Counted from the stretch's first letter, positions 1 to 9,460 are shown. The stretch is 32,364 bases of DNA from Octopus sinensis (GCF_006345805.1 NW_021829595.1:1-32364); one strand, 5' to 3'. The notes: a model not told the origin generated them from the sequence alone. A program made the numbers and translations.

Positions 1-1187
1 AGGTGGGAGATCTCTAATTGTTTGCTAAACCTGTTAGAAAATAGCAGCAAATCTCCCTCAGATCACAACCTACTGTTTGTATGTATGTATGATACATGTT
101 GGAGATTCTACATTGTTGCTAAACCTTTAGAAATAGCAGCCAAATCTCCCTCAGATCACACCCTAACTGTTTGTATGTATGTATGATACATGTTGGAGAT
201 CTCTACATGTTTGCTAACCCTGTTAGAAATAGCAGCCAAATCTCCTCAGATCACACCCTAACTGTTTGTATGTATGTATGATACAGGTGGGAGATCTCTA
301 ATTGTTGCTAAAACTGTTAGAAATAGCAGCCAAATCTCCCTCAGATCAACCCTAACTGTTGTATGTATGTATGATGATACAGGTGGGAGATCTCTACATT
401 GTTGCTAAACCTGTTAGAAATAGCAACCAAATCTCCCTCAGATCACATCCTACTGTTTGTATGTATGTATGATACATGTTGGAGATCTCTACATTGTTGC
501 TAAACCTGTTAGAAATAGCAGCCAAATCTCCCTCAGATCACACCCTAACTGTTTGTATGTATGTATGATACATGTTGGAGATCTCTACATTGTTGCTAAA
601 CCTGTTAGAAATAGCAACCAAATCTCCCTCAGATCACACCCTAACTGTTTGTATGTATGTATGATACAGGTGGGAGATCTCTACATTGTTGCTAAACTGT
701 TAGAAATAGCAACCAAATCTCCCTCAGATCACACCCTAACTGTTTGTATGTATGTATGATACATGTTGGAGATCTCTACATTGTTGCTAAACCTGTTAGA
801 AATAGCAGCCAAATCTCCCTCAGATCACACCCTAACTGTTTGTATGTATGTATGATACATTTTGGAGATCTCTACATTGTTGCTAAACCTGTTAGAAATA
901 GCAGCCAAATCTCCCTCAGATCACACCCTAACTGTTTGTATGTATGTATGATACATGTTGGAGATCTCTACATTGTTGCTAAACCTGTTAGAAATAGCAG
1001 CCAAATCTCCCTCAGATCACTGTTTGTATGTATGTATGATACATGTTGGAGATCTCTACATTGTTGCTAAACCTGTTAGAAATAGCAGCCAAATCTCCCT
1101 CAGATCACTGTTTGTATGTATGTATGATACATGTTGGAGATCTCTACATTGTTGCTAAACCTGTTAGAAATAGCAGCCAAATCTCCC
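1..1187. repeat. 96-bp tandem satellite, ~13 units, last two units 88 bp; runs off the left edge of the window
   Basis: Unit GATCACACCCTAACTGTTTG(TATG)3ATACATGTTGGAGATCTCTACATTGTTGCTAAACCTGTTAGAAATAGCAGCCAAATCTCCCTCA recurs at 96-bp spacing (e.g. 541 to 637). The terminal units lack ACCCTAAC (8 bp). Confidence 0.95.
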
Positions 1188-1216
1188 CTGGTAGTAATTA
1201 TGACAATGGGGTTTAC

Positions 1217-1344
1217 CTTTCCAACGGACATGTTAACATTACATCTCTTCTGACCATTGCTTTGAATAACCAGCTGGAAAATGTTTGGCCCCGTACGTTT
1301 GGCCATGTTCTGGCCGCAGTCCGTATCCACGGAGACAAGACAGA
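1217..1344 (-). CDS. Candidate 128-nt internal coding exon of an unidentified host gene
   Basis: On the minus strand: TTAAC branch-like motif ~25 nt upstream, polypyrimidine tract TTTTTTTTCTGATTTTTAG acceptor, and donor AAG|GTAAAC. Two of three frames are open across it: SVLSPWIRTAARTWPNVRGQTFSSWLFKAMVRRDVMLTCPLE and CLVSVDTDCGQNMAKRTGPNIFQLVIQSNGQKRCNVNMSVGK. This is the only clearly single-copy complex sequence in the window. Protein not recognised. Confidence 0.5.
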
Positions 1345-1433
1345 CTAAAAATCAGAAAAAAAACCCAGTTAATACATGGAAAGAAACACAATATATATCA
1401 AAATATGTAAGCAAAAAATAGGCGAACATAAGA

Positions 1434-1518
1434 TGTTTCAGTCTTATGACTGTGGCCATGCTGGAGCACCGCATTTGTCGAGCAAATCGACCCCAGGACT
1501 TGTTCTTTGGAAGCCTTA
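1434..1518 (-). mobile_element. SINE-A 3' tail fragment (diverged)
   Basis: TGTTTCAGTC..TGACTGTGGCCATGCTGGAGCACCGC..GTCGAGCAAATCGACCCCAGGACTT matches the reverse complement of the tail of the + strand copy at 2959-3359. Confidence 0.85.
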
Positions 1519-1541
1519 TTTTATATTTTTACTACAATGCT

Positions 1542-2345
1542 GTTTGCTAAATTTTTGTTTGCAAATTTTTTTTTGTTTGCAAATTTTTTTTTTGCTTGCA
1601 AATTTTGTTTTCTTTGCAAATTTTTTCTTTTGTTTGCAAATTTTTTTTTTTTGCAATTTTTTTTTTTTTTTGCAAATTTTGTTTTTTTTTGCAAATTTTT
1701 TCTTTTGTTTGCAATTTTTTTTTTTTGCAAATTTTTTTTTTTTTTTGCAAATTTTGTTTCTTTACAAATTTTTTTTTGTTTCCAATTTTTTTTTTTTTGC
1801 AAATTTTGTTTTCTTTGCAAATTTTTTTTGTTTGGTTTGCAAATTTTTTTTGTTTGCAAATTTTTTTTTTGTTTGCAAATTTTTTTTTTTTTTCCAAATT
1901 TTTTTTTTTGTTTGCAAATTTTTTTTTGATTGCAAATTTTTTTTTTGTTTGCAAATTTTTTTTTGTTGCAAATTTTTTTTTTTTGCAAATTTTTTTGTGT
2001 TTGCAAATTTTTTTTTGTTTGCAAATTTTTTTTTTGTTTGCAATTTTTTCTTTTTTTGCAAAATTTTTTTTTTTTGCAAATTTTTTTTTGTTTGCAAATT
2101 TTTTTTTTTTGTTTGCAAATTTTTTCTTTTTTTGCAAATTTTGTTTCTTTTAAATTTTTTTTTGTTTGCAAATTTTTTTTTTTTGCAAATTTTTTTTTTT
2201 TTGCAAATTTTTTTTTGTTTGCAATTTTTTTTTTTGTTTGCAAATTTTTTTTTTGTTTGCAAATTTTTTTTTGTTTGCAAATTTTTTCTTTTTTGCCAAA
2301 TTTTGTTTTCTTTGCAAATTTTTTTTGTTTCAATATTTTTTTTGT
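1542..2345. repeat. T-rich low-complexity satellite, ~40 units of (G)TTTGCAAA(T)n averaging ~19 bp
   Basis: Palindromic TTTGCAAA core separated by variable T runs; source of the poly-F and poly-K pseudo-ORFs. Confidence 0.95.
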
Positions 2346-2347
2346 TT

Positions 2348-2690
2348 CTCTTTCTCTTTCTCTTTTACTTGTTTCAGTCATTTGACTGCGGCCATGCTGG
2401 AGCACCGCCTTTAATCCAGAAACTCGCCCCGGGACTTATTTTTGTAAGCCCAGTACTTATTCTATCGGTCTCTTTTGCTGAACCGCTAAGTGTTTGCAAA
2501 TTCTTTTTTTTGTTGAAATTTTTTTTCTTCCAAATGTTTTTTGTTGCTAATTTTTTTCTTTGATAATTTTAGTCTCTCTTTTGCCAAACCGCTAAGTTAC
2601 AGCGACGTAAACACACCACCATCGTCTATCAAGCGATATTGGGGGGGGAGGGACAAACACAGACACACAAACACAGACACACACATACAT
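2348..2690 (-). mobile_element. SINE-A 3' half (tail to CA-rich linker), interrupted by a TTTGCAAA-type block at 2491-2570
   Basis: Reverse complement of the SINE-A tail (CTTTTACTTGTTTCAGTCATTTGACTGCGGCCATGCTGGAGCACCGCC...GACGTAAACACACC...(CA)-rich). The segment TCTCTTTTGCYRAACCGCTAAGT is present on both sides of the interruption. Confidence 0.85.
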
Positions 2691-2694
2691 CACC

Positions 2695-2953
2695 TTTCGA
2701 GCGTGATCGTTACCAACGTCACTTCACTGGCACATGTGCTGGTGGCACGTGTAAAAAGATTCGAGCGAGGGGGGTGCCAGTGCCGCCTAACTGGCCCCCG
2801 TGCAGGTGGCATGTAAAAACACCCACTACACTCTCAGAGTGGTTGGCATTAGGAAGGGCATCCAGCTGTAGAAACTCTGCCAGATCAAGATTGGAGCCCC
2901 CAGTCAAATCGTTCGAACCATGCCAGCATGGAAAGTGGATGTTAAAAGATGAT
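2695..2953 (+). mobile_element. Diverged repeat-B copy (SINE or non-autonomous retroposon-like 3' part)
   Basis: GGTGGCAYGTAAAAA sub-repeats, CACCCACTACACTC..GAGTGGTTGGCATTAGGAAGGGCATCCAGCTGTAGAAAC and a degenerate GATGAT tail; homologous to the repeat-B copies inside the macrosatellite. Confidence 0.8.
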
Positions 2954-2958
2954 ATATA

Positions 2959-3359
2959 TGGTGTGGTAAGTAGCTTGTTTACCAACCACATGGTTCCGGG
3001 TTCAGTCCCACTGCGTGGCACCTTGGGCAAGTGTCTTCTACTATAGCCTCGGGCCGACCGAAGCCTTGTGAGTGGATTTGGTAGACAGAAACTGAAAGAA
3101 GCCCATCGTATATATGTATATATATATATGTATGTGTGTGTATATGTTTGTGTGACTGTGTGTCCCCCTAGCGTTGCTTGACAACCGATGCTGGTGTGTT
3201 TACGTCCCCGTCACTTAGTGGTTTGGCAAAAGAGACCGATAGAATAAGTACTAGGCTTACAAAAGAATAAGTCTCGGGGTCGAGTTGCTCGATTAAAGGC
3301 GGTGCTCCAGCATGGCCGCAGTCAAATGACTGAAACAAGTAAAAGAGTAAAAGAGTAAG
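2959..3359 (+). mobile_element. Near full-length SINE-A (tRNA-derived head, CORE-like segment, (TA)/(TG) linker, tail ending in AAAGAGT repeats)
   Basis: B-box-like GGTTCAGTCCC at 2999-3009, followed by CCTTGGGCAAGTGTCTT resembling the CORE-SINE domain; 5' end slightly truncated. Resemblance to octopus OR-type SINEs is from recall only. Confidence 0.85.
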
Positions 3360-3361
3360 AG

Positions 3362-3550
3362 TATATATATATATATACATACACATATATACGACGGGCT
3401 TCTTTCAGTTTCTGTCTACCAAATCCACTCACAAGGCATTGGTCGGCCCAAGGCTATAGTAGAAGATAGTTGCCCAAGGTGCCAAGCAGTGCGAATGAAC
3501 CTGGAACCATGTGGTTGATAAGCAAACTACTCACTCATAAACCACGCCTG
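3362..3550 (-). mobile_element. Diverged SINE-A head (5' half only)
   Basis: Reverse complement of the head at 2959-3130 with several substitutions; abuts the tail of the + copy through a (TA)n run. Confidence 0.85.
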
Positions 3551-3569
3551 CATACGTATATACAGTCTG

Positions 3570-4699
3570 TTTTACTTGTTTCAGTCATTTGACTGTGGCC
3601 ATGCTGGAATACCGCATTGAGTCGAGCTAATTGACCCCAGGACTTATTCTTTGTAAACCTAGTACTATTCTATTGCTCTCTCTTTGCCAAACTGCTAAGT
3701 TACGGGGACGTAAACACACCAGCATCGGTTGTCAAACGATGTGTTTGGGGACAGACAGACACAAAAACATATACACGCACATACATATAACGATGGGCTT
3801 CTTTCAGTTTCCGTCTACCAAATCCACTCACAAGGCATTGGTCGGCCAAGGCTATAGTAGAAGATAGTTGCCCAAGGTGCCACGCAGTGGGACTGAACCC
3901 GGAACCATGTGGTTGGTTAGCAAACTACTTACCACACAGCCACTCCTGCATATATATACATATATACGATGGGCTTCTTTCAGTTTCCATCTACCAAATC
4001 CACTCACAAGGCATTGGTCGGCCCAGGGCCATAGCAGAAGACACTTGCCCAAGATGCCACGCAGTGGGACTGAACCCAGAACCATGTGGTTGGTTAGCAA
4101 ATACTTACCACACAGCCACTCCTGCATATATATACATATATACGATGGGCTTCTTTCAGTTTCCATCTACCAAATCCACTCACAAGGCATTGGTCGGCCC
4201 AGGGCCATAGCAGAAGACACTTGCCCAAGATGCCACGCAGTGGGACTGAACCCAGAACCATGTGGTTGGTTAGCAAACTACTTACCACACAGCCACTCCT
4301 GCATATATATACATATATACGATAGGCTTCTTTCAGTTTCCATCTACCAAATCCACTCACAAGGCATTGGTCGGCCCAGGGCCATAGCAGAAGACACTTG
4401 CCCAAGATGCCACGCAGTGGGACTGAACCCAGAACCATGTGGTTGGTTAGCAAACTACTTACCACACAGCCACTCCTGCATATATATACATATATACGAT
4501 GGGCTTCTTTCAGTTTCCATCTACCAAATCCACTCACAAGGCATTGGTCGGCCCAGGGCCATAGCAGAAGACACTTGCCCAAGATGCCACGCAGTGGGGA
4601 CTGAATCCAGAACCATGTGGTTGGTTAACAAACTACTTTATTTCATATAATATGCCATTTAGGCATTTTTGCAAAAACTAACTACCACAAACACTCCTG
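3570..4699 (-). repeat. U0: SINE-A with head amplified to 5 x 177 bp
   Basis: Full tail at left; GGGACTGAA marker recurs 5 times at ~177-bp spacing. Confidence 0.93.
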
Positions 4700-4858
4700 T
4701 ACCTTTGTACAAGGATTTATTACAAGCCATGTAATTGGATTTCAGAACAACCTGCTGCGCTTGAGGAGACCTATTGTGTTCTTCAGTAAACGTTGTCATC
4801 AAGTCATTTGTATATTTAGAACTACATTATTCAACCTGTTCTATTGATTGTGGGACAT

Positions 4859-5040
4859 CATTATCATCATCGTCGTTTAACGTCCGTTTTCCGTGCTAGC
4901 ACGGGTGGACGGTTCGACCGGGGTCTGGGAAGCCAGGGGCTGCTCCAGGCTCCAGTCTGATCTGGAAGAGTTTCTACGGCTGGATGCCCTCCTAACGCCA
5001 ACCACTCCGCGAGTGTAGTGGGTGCTTTTTACGTGCCACC
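4859..5040 (-). repeat. U0: single left-arm repeat-B copy
   Basis: (CAT)n CGTTTAACGTCCG...GGATGCCC(T)TCCTAACGCCAACCACTCC...TTTTTACGTGCCACC. Confidence 0.9.
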
Positions 5041-5113
5041 TGCACAGGTGCAGGGGGGGGGAGGGGTCCGGCATCGGTCGGTAGATGTGATTTCTTCTGT
5101 TAATTTAATTATC

Positions 5114-5655
5114 AGATCAACATCAATGGAATTTGTAGCTGTGATACCAGTGCTGGTGGCACGTAAGAGAACCATCTGAACGTGACATGTAAAAAGCACC
5201 ATCTGATTGTGGCCATTGCCAGTTTCATCTGGTCTCCATGCGGTGGCACGTAAAAAGCACCATCCGATCGTGGCCATTTGCCAGCCTCGTCTGGCACATA
5301 AAAAGCACCCACTACACTCACGGAGGGGTTGGCGTTAGGAAGGGCATCCAGCTGTAGAAACACTGCCAGATCAGACTGGGCCTGGTACAGCTTCTGGCTT
5401 CCTAGACCCCAGTTGAAACGTCCAACCCATGCTAGCATGGAAAGCGGACGTTAAACGATGATGATGAGGAGGAATAGTAAGGTAAAAAGCACCCACTACA
5501 CATCACGGAGTGGTTGGCATTAGGAAGGGCATCCAGCCGTAGAAACACTGCCAGATTTGACTGGGCCTGATGAAGCCTTCTGGCTTCACAGACCCCAGTA
5601 GAACCGTCCAAACACTGCTAGCATGGAAAACGGACGCTAAACGATGATGATGATG
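5114..5655 (+). repeat. U0: right-arm repeat-B body plus second tandem copy
   Basis: GGTGGCACGTAAAAAGCACC sub-repeats, then two GGAAGGGCATCCAGC...(GAT)n units. Confidence 0.9.
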
Positions 5656-5727
5656 ACTATATATTTGTTCTTCACTCATTTATTTCTTTTCACCTCATAA
5701 CCATGCTGCATACGTATATACAGTCTG

Positions 5728-7029
5728 TTTTACTTGTTTCAGTCATTTGACTGTGGCCATGCTGGAGCACCGCATTTAGTTGAGCTAATTGACCCCAGGA
5801 CTTATTCTTTGTAAACCTAGTACTTATTCTATTGCTCTTCTTTGCCAAACTGCTAAGTTCGGGGACGTAAACACACCAGCATCGGTTGTCAAACGATGTT
5901 TTGGGGACAGACAGACACAAAAAACACACACACACATATATTTATACATATATATGATGGGCTTCTTTCAGTTTCCGTCTGCCAAATCCACTCACAAGGC
6001 ATTGGTCGGTCCAAGGCTATAGTAGAAGATAGTTGCCCAAGATGCCACGCAGTGGGACTGAACCCGGAACTATGTGGTTGGTAAGCAAGCTACTTACCAC
6101 ACAACCACTCCTGCATATATATACATATATACGACAGGCTTCTTTCAGTTTCCATCTACCAAATCCACACAAGGCATTGGTCGGCCCAGGGCTATAGTAG
6201 AAATAGTTGCCCAAGGTGCCACGCAGTGGGACTGAACCGGAACTATGTGGTTGGTAAGCAAGCTACTTACCACACAACCACTCCTGCATATATACATATA
6301 TACGACAGGCTTCTTTCAGTTTCCATCTACCAAATCCACTCACAAGGCATTGGTCGGCCCAGGGATATAGTAGAAGGTAGTTGCCCAAGGTGCACGCAGT
6401 GGGACTGAACCCGTAACTATGTGGTTGGTAAGCAAGCTACTTACCACACAGCCACTCCTCATTATATATATATGACAGGCTCCTTTCAGTTTCCATCTAC
6501 CAAATCCACTACAAGGCATTGGTCGGCCCAGGGCTATAGTAGATAGATAGTTGCCCAAGATGCCACGCAGTGGGACTGAACCCGTAACTATGTGGTTGGT
6601 AAGCAAGCTACTTACCACACAACAACTCCTGCATATATATACATATACGATAGGCTTCTTTCAGTTTCCGTCTACCAAATCCACTCACAAGGCATTGGTC
6701 GGCCCAGGGCTATAGCAGAAGACACTTGCCCAAGATGCCACGCAGTGGGACTGAACCCAGAACCATGTGGTTGGTTAGCAAACTACTTACCACACAGCCA
6801 CTCCTGCATATATAATATAACATATATACGATGAGCTTCTTTCAGTTTCCATCTACCAAATCCACTCACAAGGCATTGGTCGGCCCAGGGCCATAGCAGA
6901 AGACACTTGCCAAGATGCCACGCAGTGGGACTGAATCCAGAACCATGTGGTTGGTTAGCAAACTACTTTATTTCATATAATATGCCATTTAGGCATTTTT
7001 GCAAACTACTTACCACACAACCACTCCTG
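5728..7029 (-). repeat. U1: SINE-A with 6 x 177-bp heads
   Basis: GGGACTGAA marker occurs 6 times; the outermost head carries a 32-bp insertion. Confidence 0.93.
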
Positions 7030-7209
7030 TACCTTTGTACAAGGATTTATTACAAGCCATGTAATTGGATTTCAGAACAACTGCTGCGCTTGAGGAGACC
7101 TATTGTGTTCTTCAGTAAATGTTATCATCACGTCATTTGTATATTAGAACTACATTATTCAACCTGTTCTATTGATTGTGGGACATGATTTAAGGCGATT
7201 TTTGGTGAT

Positions 7210-7666
7210 GTTTCGCTTGTCGTAGCACACGTTTCCGTCGATTTCCTCCGTCGATTGTCGATTTCCGTAAAAAAATGTAAACATTGAATCGGCCATACAT
7301 ACATACATACACACACACATACATAGACATACACACATACATAGATACATACACACACACATACATGCAGACATACATATACACATACACCGAGTAAAAT
7401 TTTTTAGTTATCTCTCTCTTTCACACATTACTCTGTCTCTTCACACACACTAACAGAAGCACTTCACTTACACAACATACTGTCTGTCTCCCACACCCCA
7501 TCAAACACACACACGGGGACTTCAAAGAGAAATTTCCTCGTCATAAATTCGCTTCCTCTTAGTCTCTTTCGCTCTCATTACTTCAAAAGTTCCCGCAAGC
7601 CCATATGTAAAAAAATAAAAGCTTTTTACGGAAATCGACGGAAACTTGTGCTACGACAAGCGAAAC
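7210..7666. mobile_element. U1: MITE-like or fold-back element with 37-bp inverted repeats around a (CATA)/(CA) microsatellite
   Basis: GTTTCGCTTGTCGTAGCACACGTTTCCGTCGATTTCC (7210-7246) is the reverse complement, with 1 mismatch, of GGAAATCGACGGAAACTTGTGCTACGACAAGCGAAAC (7630-7666). Confidence 0.65.
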
Positions 7667-7890
7667 TTCGCCCGATTTTTTGTTGTTTTTACTAGAAGGT
7701 CAAGCTACCACATTTCTGTATTGAGAGTAGTAGTATACAACTGGATCTGTCATTGTTTTCGAAATTTCAAACAAACAAGGTATCAAGAGAGAGCCACACA
7801 AAAAAGGAAGCTTGATTATGGAAGGTGAGAAACGCATCATATGAGTACTTGATATTCCTACTGCTTTCAACAATGGATTGTTCTTCTCAA

Positions 7891-8260
7891 TCTCTCTCTA
7901 TATAAACGGCAGTTTGTCTGTGCGTCTGTTTTCTTGTACCCTCACCCTGACCACGGCTTTCAACCGATTCTGATGAAACTTGACACACACATAGCCCAAT
8001 GTCATAATTCAAAACTAACGCAGCGAAAATTTTGAAAAGTTCCCCAGTTCTGAAAAAAATCGATAAATTCGACATGGGGTCGAGAATCAGAAACACAAAC
8101 CGCAAACTGTCTAGGGGACGCAACTCCACCTTTTTTAACTAAAAAAAAAATTTACCATCATTTTTTTCCATCTTTTTGCTATTTTTTGGCTATAACTCTC
8201 TAAAAATGCTTTATAGTTATTTCCCTTACAAACCCGAGCAACGCCGGGCGATACTGCTAG
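7891..8260 (+). mobile_element. U1: non-autonomous Helitron (~370 bp)
   Basis: Inserted between A7890 and T8261; 5' TC start (TCTCTCTCTATATAAA); 3' hairpin CCCGAGC-AAC-GCCGGG (8233-8248) ending 12 nt before the terminal CTAG end; no target-site duplication. These match the canonical Helitron termini. Confidence 0.85.
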
Positions 8261-8368
8261 TTCTATATATTCTATAGCTACAGAATCAGCCTAGTGATCA
8301 GTGCTGTACCAGCTAAGTGATAACAGGGCTGTTCCATTTAGGACTTATCAACAGTTGACTCTATCCTT

Positions 8369-9460
8369 CATCATCATTATCATCATCATCGTTTAACGTC
8401 CGTTTTCCGTGCTAGCACGGGTTGGACGGTTCGACGGGGTCTGGGAAGCCAGGGGCTGCTCCAGGCTCCAGTCTGATCTGGCAGAGTTTCTACGGCTGGA
8501 TGCCTTCCTAACGCCAACCACTCTGTGAGTGTAGTGGGTGCTTTTTACCTTACTATGTCCTCCTCATCATCATCGTTTAACGTCCGTTTTCCGCGCTAGC
8601 ATGGGTTGGACGGTTCGACCGGGGTCTGGGAAGCCCGAAGGCTGCTCCAGGCTCCAGTCTGATCTGGCAGAGTTTCTACGGCTGGATGCTCTTCCTAACG
8701 CCAACCACTCCGCAAGTGTAGTGGGTGCTTTTTACCTTACTACCTCCTCCTCCTCATCATCATCGTTTAACATCCGTTTTCCATGCTAGCATGGGTGGAC
8801 GGTTCGACCGGGGTCTGGGAAGCCCGAAGGCTGCTCCAGTCTGATCTGGCAGAGTTTCTACGGCTGGATGCCCTTCCTAACGCCAACCACTCCGTGAGTG
8901 TAGTGGGTGCTTTTTACCTTACTATCTCTTCCTCATCATCATCATCGTTTAACGTCCGTTTTCCATGCTAGCATGGGTTGGACGGTTCGACCGGGGTCTG
9001 GGAAGCCAGAAGGCTGCACCAGGCTCCAGTCTGATCTGGCAGAGTTTCTATGGCTGGATGCCCTTCCTAACGCCAACCACTCCGCGAGTGTAGTGGGTGC
9101 TTTTTACCTTACTACATCCTCCTCATCATCATCGTTTAACGTCCGTTTTCCGCGCTAGCACGGGTTGGACGGTTCGACCGGGGTCTGGGAAGCCAGGGGC
9201 TGCTCTAGGCTCCAGACTGATCTGGAAGAGTTTCTACAGCTGGATGCCCTTCCTAACGCCAACCACTCCGTGAGTGTAGTGGGTGCTTTTTACCTTACTA
9301 TCTCCTCCTCATCATCATCGTTTAACGTCTGTTTTCCGCGCTAGCACGGGTTGGACGGTTCGACCAGGCTCCAGTCTGATCTGGAAGAGTTTCTACGGCT
9401 GGATGCCCTTCCTAACGCCAACCACTCCGCGAGTGTAGTGGGTGCTTTTTACGTGCCACC
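8369..9460 (-). repeat. U1: left-arm tandem of 6 repeat-B copies (~182-190 bp; last copy has a ~27-bp internal deletion)
   Basis: GTTTAA marker at 8391, 8575, 8765, 8947, 9134 and 9320. Confidence 0.93.

Noticed and set aside
457-1348. ORFs with 32-aa repeats (MIHVGDLYIVAKPVRNSSQISLRSHPNCLYVC)
   Set aside because: The 96-bp monomer is a multiple of 3; frames break at indels and there is no coding signature.
1376-2563. 395-aa and overlapping Phe-rich or Lys-rich ORFs
   Set aside because: Translations of the TTTGCAAA(T)n satellite; open in many frames on both strands because the repeat lacks stops.
2959-3030. Possible tRNA genes in the SINE heads
   Set aside because: Only A/B-box-like remnants; no convincing cloverleaf or acceptor stem, and the sequence continues into SINE body.
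7155-7390. Cys/Val/Met/Tyr-rich minus-strand ORFs (MCVCIYVCV...) and their copies
   Set aside because: Translation of the (CATA)/(CA) microsatellite.
8261-8300. Possible second Helitron start or end (TCTATATA just after CTAG; another CTAGT nearby)
   Set aside because: No subterminal hairpin and no further similarity to the Helitron body; likely chance in AT-rich DNA.
8391-9460. CRISPR-like appearance of regularly spaced repeats with short variable linkers
   Set aside because: Repeats are ~170 bp, linkers are homologous to each other, there are no cas genes, and the context is eukaryotic.
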